Assembly (NCBI GenBank): GCA_050699815.1
Contig: JBOHFT010000001.1
Location: 3,850 to 67,849, forward strand
Direction: 5' to 3'
From: Pseudonocardiaceae bacterium
Lineage (GTDB): Bacteria; Actinomycetota; Actinomycetes; Mycobacteriales; Pseudonocardiaceae
DNA: 64,000 nucleotides
Part shown: positions 19,867 through 29,680 of the stretch, piece after piece
How the letters are laid out: each line of letters begins with the position of its first letter
Position numbering within the stretch: the first letter of the stretch is position 1
Made by a program: the position numbers and the translations under genes
The notes under the pieces: model-generated
Seen by the model: only the letters and a program-made list of their open reading frames with translations
Told to the model about the DNA's origin: nothing
Database searches by the model: none

Positions 19867-20097
19867 ATGAAGGTCTCAGCGGTGCTCAAGCTGATCGAAG
19901 GCGACGGCTGGCGGCTCGCCCGAACCCGCGGATCGCACCGTCAATACCAGCATCCGACGAAGCCCGGCCTGGTGACGGTCCCAGGGAAGCCGAGCGACGA
20001 ACTGCACCCGAAGACACTGAGCAGCATCTTGAAGCAGGCTGGGCTCAGGAACGACACTGGCAGAACCGGTGCGGCTTCGGAAGGAGGGAAAACATGA
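19867..20097 (+). CDS. hicA: HicA mRNA-interferase toxin
   Basis: MKVSAVLKLIEGDGWRLARTRGSHRQYQHPTKPGLVTVPGKPSDELHPKTLSSILKQAGL, a textbook HicA. Confidence 0.88.
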   Translation: MKVSAVLKLIEGDGWRLARTRGSHRQYQHPTKPGLVTVPGKPSDELHPKTLSSILKQAGLRNDTGRTGAASEGGKT

Positions 20098-20312
20098 TCA
20101 GCTATCTGATCATCATCGAGGGTGACGGCTCGACCAACTACTCGGCCTACTGCCCCGACCTGCCGGGCGTCGCGGCGACCGGTGACAGCATCGACGAGTG
20201 TGCGGCCGAGATGCGTGACGCGATCGCCTTCCACATCGAGGGCCTGCGCGAGGTCGGCGAGCCCGTGCCACCGTCGACAAGCCGGGGGCGAACGGTCGAA
20301 GTCGCCGCCTGA
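20094..20312 (+). CDS. hicB: HicB antitoxin (N-terminal RNase-H-like domain only)
   Basis: MISYLIIIEGDGSTNYSAYCPDLPGVAATGDSIDECAAEMRDAIAFHIEGLREVGEPVP. 4-nt overlap with hicA. Confidence 0.82.
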   Translation: MISYLIIIEGDGSTNYSAYCPDLPGVAATGDSIDECAAEMRDAIAFHIEGLREVGEPVPPSTSRGRTVEVAA

Positions 20313-20521
20313 CGCATGGCCATGATGCGCTACCCGAACTCGTCGTGGTAGAGGGCGTCCCGTCACGAGCACGCACCGATCCCCACCACAACGGCAATGG
20401 GTCTGGCTGGATGACCCGGCCAGCACGGTCACTAGTCTGGCCTGATCCGCGTACCGGACGTCCGCTGACCGTGGCTGTCGGGGTGGTACGGCACCATGAG
20501 CGTGCTACCACGGGAGGCACG

Positions 20522-22225
20522 ATGAGCAGCGGACTTGAGACCCGGCCAGGCGCCACCACGCTCGATCTCGACGACCTGGTGGAGCTGGCCTGGAGCGGGC
20601 AGATCCGGGTCCCGCACTTCCAGCGAGATTTCCGCTGGACGCGCCAAGACGTCATCCGCCTCTTCGACAGCGTCGTCAAGCGGTATCCGGTCGGCAGCCT
20701 GCTGCTCTGGCGGCAGTCGGCGCTGGCCCAGCGGCTTACCCTCGGTGCACTTCGGATCAATGCACCGCAGGTCGATCAGGCATTATGGGTGGTCGATGGC
20801 CAGCAGCGGGTCACGAGCCTTGCCAACGCGCTGCACCCGGACGGGGCGCGGGATCCCCGGTTCGACCTCGGCTACGACGTGCGGGACGACCGGATCGTGA
20901 ACCGGCCCGGCACCGACGACCCGTACGTGATCCCGTTGCCCACCCTTTTCGACCTGGCCAAGGTGCTGGACTGGTTCGCCACCCACCCCGAGGTCGGCGA
21001 TTACCGAGGCAAGGCATTCGAGCTCGCCAAGCACTTACGCCAGTTTACGATTCCGGCGTACCAGGTGGTGCAGGACGACACGCTCGTGCTGCGCGACATC
21101 TTCGACCGGATGAACAACTACGGCAAGCGGCTGAGCCGCGCGGAGATCTTCTCCGCGCTCACTGCCGGCCGCGAGTCCGACGCCGAGCACATCCTGACCA
21201 TCGACCAGATCGCTGATCACGTGGGCGAGCAGCTCGGCTTTGGCCGGGTCGATGCCGACACGGTGTTGCGGGCCATTCTCGCTCGTCGCGGGCCAGATGT
21301 GCATCGCGAGATTCGGCTCGAGTTCGACGACGACAACCGGCGTGGTGACCTCGAATTCCGCAACGAGGACCGTGACTCCGCGTTCGCCGCCGGCGAGGAG
21401 GCGCTGGTCCGGGCCGTGCGCTTGCTGCAGTCGATGGGAGTTCCCCATGTCGCTCTGCTGGCCTACCGCTACCTCCTCGTGGTGCTGACCAGGGTGTTCG
21501 CCCACCATCCCGAACCTGGTCCGGCGAATCTCAGGCTGCTGGGTCGCTGGTACTGGCGCGCGGCCGTGCTCGGTCCGGAGATCTTCAAGGGCAGCACTAC
21601 TGGTGCCGTGCGCATCCTGTGCACGAAGGTCGATCCCGGCGACCTCAGCGGATCGGTAAGGGACCTCCTCGACGCGCTTGACGACCACCAGATGAGTCTT
21701 CCCGACCTGCGCCGATTCCGGACCAACGAGGCCTCAGCGAAGATCACCCTTTGCTCCTGGTGGGAACGTGGCCCCCGCAGCCCGGACACCGGCGGTCTGT
21801 TCGACCAACCGCAGCTTGCCGAGGCATTGATCGAACGCGGGACCGCCGCGGACGCGGTGGCCGTCTTCGTCGCCCGGAGATTCGTCCCTGAGCGCTACCG
21901 CCTCTGGGCTGCGAACCGCGTGCTGGTGCCGGTGCTCACCGAGCCCGCGACTGAGGTATCAGGGGCGTTCCTGCAACGCCCGTTCGACATGCCCGAGGAC
22001 ACCTGGCAGCAGGTGCTTGACTCTCACTCGATCAGCACTGAGAGCGGGAGCCAGCTGGCCGCTGGCGACACCGTGGCGTTCCTGCGGTCCCGCCAGGCGG
22101 ACCTGCAGCACGTGCTCGAATCCTTCCTGCGGCGTAAGTGCGAGTGGGGTTTCGAGAACACCCCGCCGCTGCACGAGCTGCTCATCGAAGACCTCAATGG
22201 CGAGGGCGACGATGACGCTGCGTGA
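20522..22225 (+). CDS. DUF262 (ParB/GmrSD-N-like) domain protein with an unassigned ~300-aa C-terminal region
   Basis: In the frame of ORF 20345..22225. ATG at 20522 follows a GGGAGG RBS. Contains IRVPHFQRDFRWTRQDVIRLFDSVVKRYPVGSLLLWRQ...LWVVDGQQRVTSL (DGQQR motif). I could not see a DUF1524/His-Me finger motif in the C-terminal half. Confidence 0.85.
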   Translation: MSSGLETRPGATTLDLDDLVELAWSGQIRVPHFQRDFRWTRQDVIRLFDSVVKRYPVGSLLLWRQSALAQRLTLGALRINAPQVDQALWVVDGQQRVTSLANALHPDGARDPRFDLGYDVRDDRIVNRPGTDDPYVIPLPTLFDLAKVLDWFATHPEVGDYRGKAFELAKHLRQFTIPAYQVVQDDTLVLRDIFDRMNNYGKRLSRAEIFSALTAGRESDAEHILTIDQIADHVGEQLGFGRVDADTVLRAILARRGPDVHREIRLEFDDDNRRGDLEFRNEDRDSAFAAGEEALVRAVRLLQSMGVPHVALLAYRYLLVVLTRVFAHHPEPGPANLRLLGRWYWRAAVLGPEIFKGSTTGAVRILCTKVDPGDLSGSVRDLLDALDDHQMSLPDLRRFRTNEASAKITLCSWWERGPRSPDTGGLFDQPQLAEALIERGTAADAVAVFVARRFVPERYRLWAANRVLVPVLTEPATEVSGAFLQRPFDMPEDTWQQVLDSHSISTESGSQLAAGDTVAFLRSRQADLQHVLESFLRRKCEWGFENTPPLHELLIEDLNGEGDDDAA

Positions 22226-22715
22226 GATCCAGCACGCCGTGTGGCTGCGCAGCGATCGGGTGGGCACGCTGGTCCAGCGCGGCGACCACACCCGCTTCGT
22301 GTTCTCCGAGAAGTACCTCACCGACCCAGACCGGCCGGTCCTCGGATTGGTTTTCGAGCAAGACCTTTCCGCTCGGCACGCGGCCGCGCTACGCCTGCCC
22401 TGCTGGTTTTCTAACCTGCTTCCCGAGGGTCGGCTACGGGAGTGGATCGCCGCTGATCGGAAAGTGTCTCCGCAGCGCGAGATGGAGCTGCTCGCGCAGG
22501 TTGGGCATGACCTGCCGGGTGCCGTACGGGTGCTGCCCGCGCTGGACGGTGCGGGCGACGAGATCGAGTGGCTGCCCACACCCCCCGCGGCTCCAGCGGA
22601 GCGAGCCGCGCAAGAGCCGGACACCTGGCGCTTCTCGCTGGATCGAATTCTGCATCGCTTCTGGCAGCCGTTCCTTGCTGCGCCGAGGAGGGGACTCGTG
22701 ACTCGCGCTGAATGA
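22212..22715 (+). pseudogene. hipA: hipA, N-terminal domain only (kinase domain deleted)
   Basis: MTLREIQHAVWLRSDRVGTLVQRGDHTRFVFSEKYL...LPCWFSNLLPEGRLREWIAADRKVSPQREMELLAQVGHDLPGAVRVLP...WRFSL, then unrelated sequence up to a stop just before trxA. The ATG overlaps the DUF262 gene by 14 nt. Confidence 0.7.
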
Positions 22716-22724
22716 CGTCGGCGA

Positions 22725-23051
22725 TCAGAGGTAGTCGGCCAGATCTTCCAGCAGTGCCGCTTTGGGCTTGGCACCCACGATCTGCTTGACCGGCTTGCCG
22801 CCGGAGAACAGGATCATGGTCGGGATTGACATGATCTGGTAGTTGCGCGGGGTCTTGGGGTTGGCGTCGATATCCATCTTCGCGATGGTGATCTCCGCGT
22901 GCTCCGAGGCGATCTCCTCCAGCACCGGCGCCACCATCTTGCAGGGGCCGCACCAGGCCGCCCAGAAGTCCACCAGCACGGGCTTGTCGCTGCCGAGCAC
23001 GTCGTCGGCGAAAGACTGGTCGGTCACGATCACGGTCGACTTGTCTGCCAT
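22725..23051 (-). CDS. trxA: Thioredoxin
   Basis: 108 aa with VLVDFWAAWCGPCKMVAP (WCGPC). Confidence 0.96.
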   Translation of the reverse strand: MADKSTVIVTDQSFADDVLGSDKPVLVDFWAAWCGPCKMVAPVLEEIASEHAEITIAKMDIDANPKTPRNYQIMSIPTMILFSGGKPVKQIVGAKPKAALLEDLADYL

Positions 23052-23083
23052 ATCAGCTCCTGTCGGGGTCTGTCAGGGAGGTC

Positions 23084-24067
23084 TCAGGACTGCATGCCGT
23101 AGCCACCACCGACGAGCTCGGCGGCCATCTGGGCGCTCGGGGTTTCAGCATGCTCGGCGAGCCAGCGCTCGGCGTCGATCGCGGCCGCGCAGCCGGTGCC
23201 CGCGGCGGTGACCGCCTGCCGGTACGTGCGGTCCACCAGGTCTCCCGCGGCAAAGACGCCGTCCACGCTGGTCGCCGTGCCCGGTGCGTTGACCAGCACA
23301 TAGCCGTCCGGATCGGTCTGCACCTGGCCGCGGACCAGTTCGCTGCGTGGGTCGTGCCCGACCGCGACGAACATCCCGGTGGCCTCCAGCGTCGAGCCGT
23401 CGGACAGCGCCAGGCCGGTGACCCCGCTGTCGCCGAGCACCCGGTCGACGGTCACCCCGGTGCGCCAGCGGATCTTGTCGTTGTTCCGGGCCCGCTCCAG
23501 CATGATCTTCGAGGCGCGGAACTCGTCGCGTCGGTGCACCACGGTCACCGACCGCGCGAACCGGGTCAGGAAGGTGGCCTCCTCCATCGCGGAGTCCCCG
23601 CCACCGATCACGGTGATGTCCTGATCGCGGAAGAAGAAGCCGTCACAGGTGGCGCACGAGCTGACGCCGCGGCCGAGCAGCTCCTGCTCTCCTGGCACAC
23701 CCAGGTAGCGGGCCTGCGCACCCATCGCGAGCACGACCGACCGGGCCAGGTAGACGGTCTGCTCGACCATGACCCGCTTGACGTCGCCGGTCAGCTCGAC
23801 CGACGTGACGTCTCTGGACTGCAGTTGCGCACCGAAGCGCTCGGCCTGGGCGCGGAACTGCTCCATCAGATCCGGGCCCATGATCCCGTCCCGGAATCCC
23901 GGGTAGTTCTCCACGTCGGTGGTGGTCATCAAGGCGCCGCCGTACTGGCTGCCCTCGAAGACCAGTGGCTCCAGCTGGGCACGCCCGGTGTAGATCGCCG
24001 CCGTGTAGCCGGCCGGGCCGGAGCCGATGATGATGACGTCCCGGATCTTGTCGCTCACGTCGGACAC
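23084..24067 (-). CDS. trxB: Thioredoxin-disulfide reductase
   Basis: 327 aa: [16 protein letters not shown]...[12 protein letters not shown] (CATC redox centre)...[12 protein letters not shown]. Confidence 0.96.
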   Translation of the reverse strand: MSDVSDKIRDVIIIGSGPAGYTAAIYTGRAQLEPLVFEGSQYGGALMTTTDVENYPGFRDGIMGPDLMEQFRAQAERFGAQLQSRDVTSVELTGDVKRVMVEQTVYLARSVVLAMGAQARYLGVPGEQELLGRGVSSCATCDGFFFRDQDITVIGGGDSAMEEATFLTRFARSVTVVHRRDEFRASKIMLERARNNDKIRWRTGVTVDRVLGDSGVTGLALSDGSTLEATGMFVAVGHDPRSELVRGQVQTDPDGYVLVNAPGTATSVDGVFAAGDLVDRTYRQAVTAAGTGCAAAIDAERWLAEHAETPSAQMAAELVGGGYGMQS

Positions 24068-24146
24068 AACACGATCCTACGGACCGATGTTCCCCAGCCG
24101 GGTTGGCCGCCCTTCAAGGGCGCCCAACGTCAGCAGTCATCAGTGG

Positions 24147-25685
24147 TCAGGTGGCGCGGCGCTGGACCCCGACCTCGCTGAGCTTGGACTGGTTGCGGTC
24201 CTTGCCGCCGCCCAGACTGGTGATCCACACCAGCAGGTACCGGGTCGGCGGCCCGGCCCGCAGCGGGATGCGGGTGCTGCCGCGGCCGAGGGTGGCTTTG
24301 CCGACCAGGGTGGTCTGGGTCAGTGACGCATTCGGAGACGCAGCGGTGCGGATCTCGACCACGGTGCCCGGGCTCGGCGAGATCACGGTCACCAGGGCCG
24401 CCGCGGTGGGCTGGTCGAAGCTCAGCATGATGCCGAGCCCCTTTTTGTAGACGGGGAACTGCTGGCGGTAGGAGTCGGTGGACCACGCAGTGTTCGGGTT
24501 GCCGTCCAGGAGCTTGCCGACGTCCTTCTGATGGTCGGGGCTGCCCAGCCCGGAGGGGTCGTAGACCGCCGAGTTCTTGACCCGGACCGAGGCGGACAGC
24601 GCCGACGGTGCCACCGGTGGCGCCGACTGCGTCGCCGGCGAGGGACCGGCGACGACCAGCGGGGTGCCTCCGGCGTTGGCGAACACCGACACGACCTGCA
24701 GGCCGGCGTAGCCGAGGATCAGCAGCGTCGTGGCGGCCAGCACCGTCATCGAGACGCTCAGCTTGATCCGGCGTCGCCGTCGGGCCCGCGCCGGATCAGC
24801 CGGCCGACGGCGGCCGGCCGCGCCGAGCAGGTCGAGGTCAGCGGTCGAGGCGTTGAGCTCAAGCACTTGTTGCACGGCGGCGCCGGTGTGCACGCCGCCG
24901 CTGGTGCCGGGACCGGCGAGGCTGCGCAGCGCCAGGGTGGACAGCTCCACCGGAACCCCGGGCCGCAGCGCCGCCGGGCTGATCGGGGAGCCGTCGGGCC
25001 GCAGCGGCGCAGGGGGCAGGCCGCCCGGCCCACCGGGCAGTGGCCAGTACCCAGTGAGCAGCAGGTACAGCATCGCGCCCAGGCCGCGGACGTCGTCTCG
25101 GGACCCGGTCGTGGGGGGTGGGCCCGGGAAGGCGAATCGGGCCTGCCAATCCGGGGTCACCCTGATCCGGCCCGGGTGGTCGCAGCCGAGGACCAGACCG
25201 GCGTTGTGTGCCGCGTCGACCGCGCCGGCCAGCGGGACCAGGACGCTGGCCGCCACCGATGGCGGCGGCAGCCCGCCGCCGAGGAGCTCGACGAGGGCAC
25301 GGCCCGGGGTCCACTCGGCGACCACGATCGCCACGGCTGAGCCGTCCCCGCTGTCGGGCTCCAGCACATCCAGCACCCGCGCCGCACCCGCAGTCTCCAG
25401 CCGGGCGCAGCGCAGCGCCCGCCCGACCGCCGACCGGATCAGCTCGGCCCCCCCGGGATCGTGCGGTGCTGCGATGAACAAGGTCAGCGCGACGTCACGG
25501 TCTAGCAGCAGGTCGCGGCCGTGCCACAGCCGGACGGCGCAGCGGTCGTCGCGGCCGACCTCGGCCAGCAGGCGGTACCGGCCCGGCTCGACGATCGCAC
25601 CCGGGGTCAGCCACAGCGGGTGTGGTCCTCTCCCCGTCGAGTCCGCGCTCACCGGCCCTGTCATCTCTCCCGCATGCTCCGCCAT
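24147..25685 (-). CDS. Pseudokinase-like protein with TM segment and discoidin-like extracellular domain (counterpart of the MviN C-terminal module of mycobacteria)
   Basis: ORF 24147..25772. The kinase-like fold lacks HRD (it reads LVLGCDHPGRIRV) and has no glycine loop. A TM segment is present (LSVSMTVLAATTLLILGYAGL). The C-terminal part, LLDGNPNTAWSTDSY...YLLVWITSLG, resembles an F5/8 type C domain. Lies directly downstream of murJ. Confidence 0.7.
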   Translation of the reverse strand: MAEHAGEMTGPVSADSTGRGPHPLWLTPGAIVEPGRYRLLAEVGRDDRCAVRLWHGRDLLLDRDVALTLFIAAPHDPGGAELIRSAVGRALRCARLETAGAARVLDVLEPDSGDGSAVAIVVAEWTPGRALVELLGGGLPPPSVAASVLVPLAGAVDAAHNAGLVLGCDHPGRIRVTPDWQARFAFPGPPPTTGSRDDVRGLGAMLYLLLTGYWPLPGGPGGLPPAPLRPDGSPISPAALRPGVPVELSTLALRSLAGPGTSGGVHTGAAVQQVLELNASTADLDLLGAAGRRRPADPARARRRRRIKLSVSMTVLAATTLLILGYAGLQVVSVFANAGGTPLVVAGPSPATQSAPPVAPSALSASVRVKNSAVYDPSGLGSPDHQKDVGKLLDGNPNTAWSTDSYRQQFPVYKKGLGIMLSFDQPTAAALVTVISPSPGTVVEIRTAASPNASLTQTTLVGKATLGRGSTRIPLRAGPPTRYLLVWITSLGGGKDRNQSKLSEVGVQRRAT

Positions 25686-25808
25686 CAAGCCCCACCCTCG
25701 ACGTAACACCACGGAGCAACATCCCGGCGCAGCACCACGGAGTAACAGCCCAGACCACAACACAGAAGCCAATGACCGAGTCTACGGCTCTCGGGCGCCA
25801 TCCGGCGG

Positions 25809-27443
25809 CTATCCGGGCGGTTCACGGCGGGTCGAACGGGTCGAACGGGCGCTGGAGATCGCCTCGGTGAGCTCTGGGGTGCGCAGGGCAAGCAGGGCGC
25901 CCCCCATCACCACGCCGACGGCCACCGTGGTGAGCACCAGGTCCAGCCAGGCTCCACCCACTCCGCCGAGGTCGACCAGGGCCCGCACCCCGAGCACCGC
26001 GCCCACCGCAGGCACTGCCGCCAGCAGGCACTGTGCCAGGGTGATCAGGGTGCGCCTGGTCTCCACCCGGCCCAGCCGCCGGCGCAGCCACGCCTGCCCG
26101 ACGATGGCGCCCAGCACGCAGGACAGCGAGTGGACGGCGGTGAGCCCCAGCACGACATCGGCGCCGTCGAGCACGACAGGGCAGGCCAGCAGCAGCGGCA
26201 GCTTCACCGCCACCATCACCGCGTTGATCATTGTCGGGGTGCGGGCGTCGGCCATCGAGTAGAACACCCGCAGCTGCAGCATCGTGATCGCATACGGCAC
26301 CAGGCCGAAGGCGGAGATCGCGAGCGCAGCACCCAGGCGCTCGGCATCGCTGCCTGCTTTGCCCAGCGAGAACAGCGCGACCCCGATCTGCTCCCCGGCC
26401 AGGGTGAAGATCACGGCGATCGGCACCAGCAGCACGGTGAGGTAGCGGCTGCCCAGTGACAGGTCGTGCACCACCCCGCGCCAGTCGGAGTCGGCCGCCG
26501 CCCGGCTCATCCGCGGCATGATCGCGGTGAGCAGGGAGTAGCCGAGTACGCCGTAGGGCAGCTGCAGCAGCAGCCAGACCAGGCTGTAGATCACCACCCC
26601 GCCCGGGTCGCCCTGGGCCGCCGACCGGGTGGTGATCACGAAGCCGAGCTGGCCGACCAGGACGTAGAGCACGAACCAGGCGGCCATCCCGCCGGCCTGG
26701 GTCAGCCGGGGGTCCCAGCCCCAGCGCCAGCCGAAGTGAAAGCCGGCCCGGCGTAGCCCGGGCAGCTGCACCAGCGCCTGCGCGATGATGCCCGCGGTCG
26801 TGCCCAGGCCCAGGACCAGCAGTTTCGGGTCACTCATCCGGGCCGGGCTGATCGTGATCTCGCCTGGCACCAGGGCGTAGACCCCCAGGAACACCAGCAC
26901 GATGACGTTGTTGAGCACCGGTGCCCAGGTCGGCGGGCCGAAGCTGCTGCGGGCGTTGAGGATGGCGCCGAACAGCCCCGACAGGCCGTAGAACAGGATC
27001 TGCGGCAGCAGCAGGTAGCCGAGCACCGCGGCCAGCTGCGGGTTGGCACCCGCGCTGTCGCCGAGCAGCAGCGCGGCGAGAAACGGTGCCGCGGCGACGG
27101 CGGCCACCGTGGCCACCCCGAGGGTCACGCAGGCGACGGTGACCAGCCGCTGCAGGTAGGCCTCGCCCTGGTCGGCGTCCTCCTTGGCGGCGCGCACCAG
27201 CAGCGGCACCACGACGCTGGTCAGCACCCCGCCGAGCAGCAGCTCGTAGAGCATCGCCGGCAGCGTGTTGGCGACCGTGTAGGCGTCGTTGACCACGCCC
27301 AGCCCGAGCACGGCGGCGAGCCCGAGCTGGCGGATGAACCCGGTGAACCGGCTGACCAGGGTGGCGACCGCCATCGTGCGGGTGGCCGCGGCCACCGAGT
27401 ACCGGGACCGCGGGTGTGCGTGGTTCGCGGTGTCCAACGTCAC
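25809..27443 (-). CDS. murJ: Lipid II flippase MurJ (MviN)
   Basis: 544 aa, polytopic: ATLVSRFTGFIRQLGLAAVLGLGVVNDAYTVANTLPAMLYELLLGGVLTSVVVPLL. Confidence 0.92.
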   Translation of the reverse strand: MTLDTANHAHPRSRYSVAAATRTMAVATLVSRFTGFIRQLGLAAVLGLGVVNDAYTVANTLPAMLYELLLGGVLTSVVVPLLVRAAKEDADQGEAYLQRLVTVACVTLGVATVAAVAAAPFLAALLLGDSAGANPQLAAVLGYLLLPQILFYGLSGLFGAILNARSSFGPPTWAPVLNNVIVLVFLGVYALVPGEITISPARMSDPKLLVLGLGTTAGIIAQALVQLPGLRRAGFHFGWRWGWDPRLTQAGGMAAWFVLYVLVGQLGFVITTRSAAQGDPGGVVIYSLVWLLLQLPYGVLGYSLLTAIMPRMSRAAADSDWRGVVHDLSLGSRYLTVLLVPIAVIFTLAGEQIGVALFSLGKAGSDAERLGAALAISAFGLVPYAITMLQLRVFYSMADARTPTMINAVMVAVKLPLLLACPVVLDGADVVLGLTAVHSLSCVLGAIVGQAWLRRRLGRVETRRTLITLAQCLLAAVPAVGAVLGVRALVDLGGVGGAWLDLVLTTVAVGVVMGGALLALRTPELTEAISSARSTRSTRREPPG

Positions 27444-29671
27444 CTGGCTTCCCGTGCTCTGCGCCGTCGGCGCACGAATCCGCGGGCCACCAGCAGGATC
27501 AGCGCCGCACCGGCGCCCGTGGTGAGCGCGACAGTAACGGTGCCGAACGCGGTGGAGCGCAACTGCAGGGTGCTCGGCTCGCCCAGCGGGGTGCCACCCG
27601 GGGTGCCCAGCCGGGCATCGACGCTGAACTGACCGGTCCGGCTCACCTGCGCTGGGATGACGAACTGGCGGGTACTGCGGGCCGGCACCAGCTGCAGCCC
27701 GACCGCCCCGGTGCGCAGCCCGGCGGTGTCGGACAGGCTCAGCCGGACCTGCACACCGACCGGCAGCTCGTTGCTCACGGTGATCAGCAGCGGGGAGTCC
27801 GACGCCGCCAGGCTGTAGGGGCCGGGCGACTGCACGATCCGCACCGAGCGGCGCAGCTCGTCGAGCCGGCTGTGCAGCTCCCCGGTCACCAGCACGGCCC
27901 GGTCCGGCTGGGTGCGCCAGGCCGAGGACACCCCCCGCAGCAGCCCCAGCCGCAGCGGATTAAGCAGATCGACCGGTTCGAGGTTCGTGGTGGCATCCAC
28001 GACGGTGGCCATCTGCAGGTCCCGCAGGACGTCACGGTCGCGCTCGACGTCGGCGGTGATGGTGTGCGGGATCTCCTGCGCGCTGGCCTGCGGCGGGTAA
28101 GCCACCGCCGCAGCGGGACCGGCGGGACGGGTGGCGGACAGCGTCGGCAGGTCGCGCGGGACGACGAAGCCGGCTTCCAGCAGCTGCCGGGCGGTGCTCA
28201 GCAGCGCGGTGGCCTCAGTGCCCCGCGCCTGCCAGCGGCGCGGCGGGACCAGCAGCACCGGCCGGCGGCCCGGGTCGATCGCGGCGCGGTAGACCAGGGC
28301 ACCGAGCCCATCCTGGGCGGCCAGCGGGCCGGCGTCGCGGCCGGGCTGTTCCGGGTCGGCAGCCAGCGCGCTGGTCAGCAGGGGGTCGATGAGCAGGCCG
28401 GCGCCGCGGCTGCCCTGGGGGCTGGGTGCCGGTGATCGGGCCGCTGGCAGGCTGACGACGTCGTCGGCGAGCGGCGCAGCGGACACCCCGCGGGTGTCCA
28501 GCAGGACAGCGCGGATCTCCAGGGCGGTGAGGTCGGTCAGGGTGCGCTCGTCGAGCACCCCGCCCGCGGGCCAGCTCACCCCGGTCAGTGGCTGCACCCC
28601 GAGCAGGTCGCTCACCAGGCGGGCACCGGTGCTGATGGCCAGGGCCGTCAGGTCGGTGAGCCCGGCCCGGGACAGCGCCACCAGGTCGGGATCGGCGTAG
28701 GGCAGCGCCAGCACGCAGCGGCCCTGGACAGCGCTGCGCAGCCGATCAAGCCAGCTCTGGGCGTCCCGCGCGCCGGTGCCCGCACGCAGCCCGCCGGGGT
28801 GCACCACCCGGTAGCCGCGGCTCATCCCGTCGACCGTCTCGAGCAGCGCCGGGTCGATCGCCACGCAGACGGCCGCCGCCAGCGGCGATCCCGGCGGGAC
28901 CACCTGCTCGAGCGCGCCGAGCACCCCGTCCAGCCGCCCGCCGGCCGCGATATCCGCGGCCACCGGATCCGCTGCGGCGCGGTCACCGCGGATCAGGATC
29001 GGCTCACCGGGACCGGTGGGCAGCCGCGCCGGTTCCGCGGCCAGTGGCCACACCACGGTCAGCGGAGCCGGCCGCACCGGCTGGCCCAGCACCGGTCCAG
29101 CCGGCCCGCCGGGCGCGGCGGGCGGTATCCCGAGCACCGGCAGCAGCAGCGGGACCGACGCCAGCCGCGCGGTGTCACCGAAGTCCGGTTTGCCGTTGAG
29201 GTTGACCAGCAGCGGGTACACGCCCGGTTCGTTGATCTGCAGCGACTCCAGCTCGGCCCCACCGCGCAGCGCAACCTCCAGCTGGAACGGGCTGCTCTGG
29301 CCCGGTGCGAGGTCGCCTTCCACCGGCTGGAACCGGGTGACATGAGGCGCTTCGGGAACGCTGGTGGTGGCCCGGACGGCGGCCTGCTCGGAGTTCACCG
29401 GCTCGTCGCGCTGCAGCCGGACCCCGAGCCTGGTGATGACCCGGTCCCCGACGTTGACCACCCGGCCGGTGACCCTGAGCACCGGCGGGCTGGCGGCGGT
29501 GACCACCCGGGGGGACAGCTCCGCCAACTCGAGCACCGCCAGCATGCTCGCCTGGGATTGATCAGTGTGGAGTTGCGTTGCGGACAGCGCCACCGGGGCG
29601 GCGCCGGGTGCCAGCAACGCCAGCACCGCCACCAGCAGGGCTGCGGCGAGCAGGTGGACCCGGCATCTCAC
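27440..29671 (-). CDS. DUF6049-type large secreted/anchored protein (Rv3909-like, conserved neighbour of murJ)
   Basis: 743 aa. N-terminal signal-like VRCRVHLLAAALLVAVLALLAPGAA, and a C-terminal TM plus basic tail (AALILLVARGFVRRRRRAREAR). The assignment is by synteny and architecture only. Confidence 0.65.
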   Translation of the reverse strand: MRCRVHLLAAALLVAVLALLAPGAAPVALSATQLHTDQSQASMLAVLELAELSPRVVTAASPPVLRVTGRVVNVGDRVITRLGVRLQRDEPVNSEQAAVRATTSVPEAPHVTRFQPVEGDLAPGQSSPFQLEVALRGGAELESLQINEPGVYPLLVNLNGKPDFGDTARLASVPLLLPVLGIPPAAPGGPAGPVLGQPVRPAPLTVVWPLAAEPARLPTGPGEPILIRGDRAAADPVAADIAAGGRLDGVLGALEQVVPPGSPLAAAVCVAIDPALLETVDGMSRGYRVVHPGGLRAGTGARDAQSWLDRLRSAVQGRCVLALPYADPDLVALSRAGLTDLTALAISTGARLVSDLLGVQPLTGVSWPAGGVLDERTLTDLTALEIRAVLLDTRGVSAAPLADDVVSLPAARSPAPSPQGSRGAGLLIDPLLTSALAADPEQPGRDAGPLAAQDGLGALVYRAAIDPGRRPVLLVPPRRWQARGTEATALLSTARQLLEAGFVVPRDLPTLSATRPAGPAAAVAYPPQASAQEIPHTITADVERDRDVLRDLQMATVVDATTNLEPVDLLNPLRLGLLRGVSSAWRTQPDRAVLVTGELHSRLDELRRSVRIVQSPGPYSLAASDSPLLITVSNELPVGVQVRLSLSDTAGLRTGAVGLQLVPARSTRQFVIPAQVSRTGQFSVDARLGTPGGTPLGEPSTLQLRSTAFGTVTVALTTGAGAALILLVARGFVRRRRRAREAR

Positions 29672-29680
29672 GCGGGGCGC

